DNA of 63,045 nucleotides, filler included, from Chiloscyllium plagiosum (Eukaryota): assembly GCF_004010195.1 (NCBI RefSeq). It is 5 parts of one record of this genome, joined end to end, with 100 filler letters (N's around TTAATTAATTAA, not from the genome) between each part and the next. Parts side by side here need not be neighbours in the genome. Positions count along the whole stretch, not along the records: positions 57,857 to 63,045 come from NC_057717.1; 4 more parts are not named here. One strand, written 5' to 3'. Positions 60,801 to 63,045 of this stretch are shown piece after piece; the stretch's first letter is position 1, and every line of letters starts with the position of its first letter. A program made the position numbers and the translations under genes. The notes beneath the pieces were generated by a model. That model was not told the DNA's origin. It made no database searches and was given only the letters and a program-made list of their open reading frames with translations.

Positions 60801-63045
60801 AGTGTATTTCCGAGTTGGTCAGAGAGAGTCAGACATTGTCACAGTATGTCATACTGTGTCTCAGAGAGTTTCAGAGACGGTCAGCATTTGTCTCCGAGAG
60901 GGTCACCGTCTGTGAGNNNNNNNNNNNNNNNNNNNNNNNNNNNNNNNNNNNNNNNNNNNNNNNNNNNNNNNNNNNNNNNNNNNNNNNNNNNNNNNNNNNN
61001 NNNNNNNNNNNNNNNACAGTGTGTTTCAGAGAGTGTCAGAGAGCATCACAGTGCATCGTACTGTGCCTCAGAGGGAGTCACAGTCTGTCTCAGAGAGTGT
61101 CAGAGATTATCTTGGAGAGAGTCACAGTCTGTCAGAGAGTTTTACACTGTGTCTCAGAGAGAGACAAAAAGATTGAGAGAGTGTCGCAGACTGCCTCAGA
61201 GAGTGTCAGAGAGAGTCAGGGAGTGTCACAGTCTGTTTCAGGGAGTGTCAGAGACTGTCACACTGTCTCAGAGTATGTCACAGAGTGTCAGAGAGTGTCG
61301 CAGACTGCCTCAGAGAGTGTCAGAGAGAGTCAGGGAGTGTCACAGTCTGTTTCACAGAGTGTCAGAGACTGTCACACTGTCTCAGAGTATGTCACAGAGT
61401 GTCGGAGTGAGTCAATGTGTGTCTCAGAGTCAGTCAGAGAGTGACACAGTGCATCTCAGAGCGAGTCAGAGAGAATTAGAGAGTGTCACAGTGTGTCATA
61501 GTCTGTCAGAGAGTGTCACAGTGTATCTCAGAGAGTGTCATTGAGAATCAGAGAGTGTCACAGTGTGTTGCAGTCTGTCAGGGAGTGTCATAGTGCATCT
61601 CAGAGCGTGTCATTGAGAATTAGAGAGTGTCACAGTGTGTCACAATCTGTCAGAGAGAGTCGGTGTGTGTCACAGAGAATGGCAGAGAGTGTCAGATAGA
61701 GTCACAGTTTGTCTCAGAGAGTGTCACAGTGTGTCATATTGTGTCTCAGAGAGAATCAGAGAGTGTCAATGTGTGTCATACTGTGTCTCAGTGCGTTTCA
61801 GAGTGTGTCACAGTCTGTCTCAGAGAGTTTCAGAGAGGGTCCGAGTGTGTGACATGTGTCACAAAGTGTCCGAGAGATTCAGAGAGTGCTACAATGTGTC
61901 TCAGAGAGAGTTAGAGAGTTTCACAGTGTGTGTCAGAGAGTGTCAGAAAGTGTCACAGTTTCTCAGAGAGTGTCACAGTGTGTCTCATACAGTGTCAGAG
62001 AGGGTCAGAGGTTGTCTCAGAGAGAGTCAGTGAGTGTTACAGTCAGAGAGTGTCAGAGAGAGTGTGAAAGTCTCACAGTGTGTCTCAGAGAGTGTCAGAG
62101 AGTGTCATAGTGTGTCTCAGTGAGGGTCAGAACGATTCAGAGAGTGTTACAGAGTGTCTCAGAGAGGGTCAGAGAGTGTCACAGAGTGTCAGAGTATGTC
62201 TGAGTGCCAGAGATAGTCAAAGTGTGTCACAGTGTGCCTAGGAGAGTGTCACAGTGTGTCACAGTCTGTCAGAGAGTGTCACAGTGTGCCTCAGAGAGAG
62301 TCAGAGAATTTCACAGAGTTTCACAGTCTGTTAGAGAATGTCATACTGTGTCATAGTGTGTCTCAGAGAGTGTCACAGAGTTTTACAGTGCATCTCAGAG
62401 AGGGTCAGAGAGTGTCGCAGTGTGTCACAGAAAATGTCACAGTCTATCACAGTCGGTCAGAGAGTGTCACAGTGTCTCAGAGAATGTCACCATGTGTGAG
62501 AGTGTCACAGTCGGTCAGACAGTGTCACAGTGTGTCTCAGAGAGTGTCAGAGAATGTCAGAGAATGTCACGGTGTGTCATAGTCTGTCAGAGAGTGTCAT
62601 AGTGTGTCTCAGAGAGTGTCAGAGAGGGTCAGAGAGTGTTACAGAGTGTCTCAGAGAGGGTCAGAGAGTGTCACAGAGTGTCAGAGTATGTCTGAGTGCC
62701 AGAGATAGTCAAAGTGTGTCACAGTGTGCCTAGGAGAGTGTCACAGTGTGTCACAGTCTGTCAGAGAGTGTCACAGTGTGCCTCAGAGAGAGTCAGAGAA
62801 TTTCACAGAGTTTCACAGTCTGTTAGAGAATGTCATACTGTGTCATAGTGTGTCTCAGAGAGTGTCACAGAGTTTTACAGTGCATCTCAGAGAGGGTCAG
62901 AGAGTGTCGCAGTGTGTCACAGAAAATGTCACAGTCTATCACAGTCGGTCAGAGAGTGTCACAGTGTCTCAGAGAATGTCACCATGTGTGAGAGTGTCAC
63001 AGTCGGTCAGACAGTGTCACAGTGTGTCTCAGAGAGTGTCAGAGA
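57857..63045 (+). repeat. Low-complexity satellite of CAGAGAGTGT/CACAGTGTGT units with higher-order duplications
   Basis: Continuous short units. Repeats at a 297-bp offset (57911/58208) and a near-exact 492-bp offset (62211/62703). Confidence 0.95.

Noticed and set aside
57886..62733. Many long Ser/Val/Cys/Arg/Glu-rich ORFs
   Set aside because: They are open in several frames at once because the satellite lacks stop codons. There is no coding signature.

Overview
Repeat-dense eukaryotic sequence, most likely a cartilaginous fish (shark). This is inferred from HE1-type tRNA-derived SINEs sharing 3' tails with CR1/HER1-type LINEs. The window holds no clearly intact protein-coding gene. Most of it is nested, decayed CR1/L2 LINEs, HE1-like SINEs and Penelope-like elements (PLEs). 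Main structures: (i) a diverged ~13-14 kb tandem duplication (3922-17097 vs 19045-32943) with copy-specific insertions, deletions and a micro-inversion; (ii) several PLE terminal repeats with hammerhead-ribozyme motifs, one core-intact inside a 183-bp palindrome with a 15-bp target-site duplication (TSD); (iii) a GPR139/GPR142-like class A GPCR exon (51368-52274, minus strand) broken by one frameshift; (iv) repeated decayed promoter-like cassettes and C2H2 zinc-finger exon remnants; (v) satellites with 73-, 28-, 26- and 65-bp units plus a low-complexity CAGAGAGTGT array, the 73-bp one apparently built from a CR1 3' tail. Four 100-bp N44-TTAATTAATTAA-N44 blocks are assembly spacers, so adjacency across them is uncertain. 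All calls were made by eye and boundaries of old repeats are approximate.
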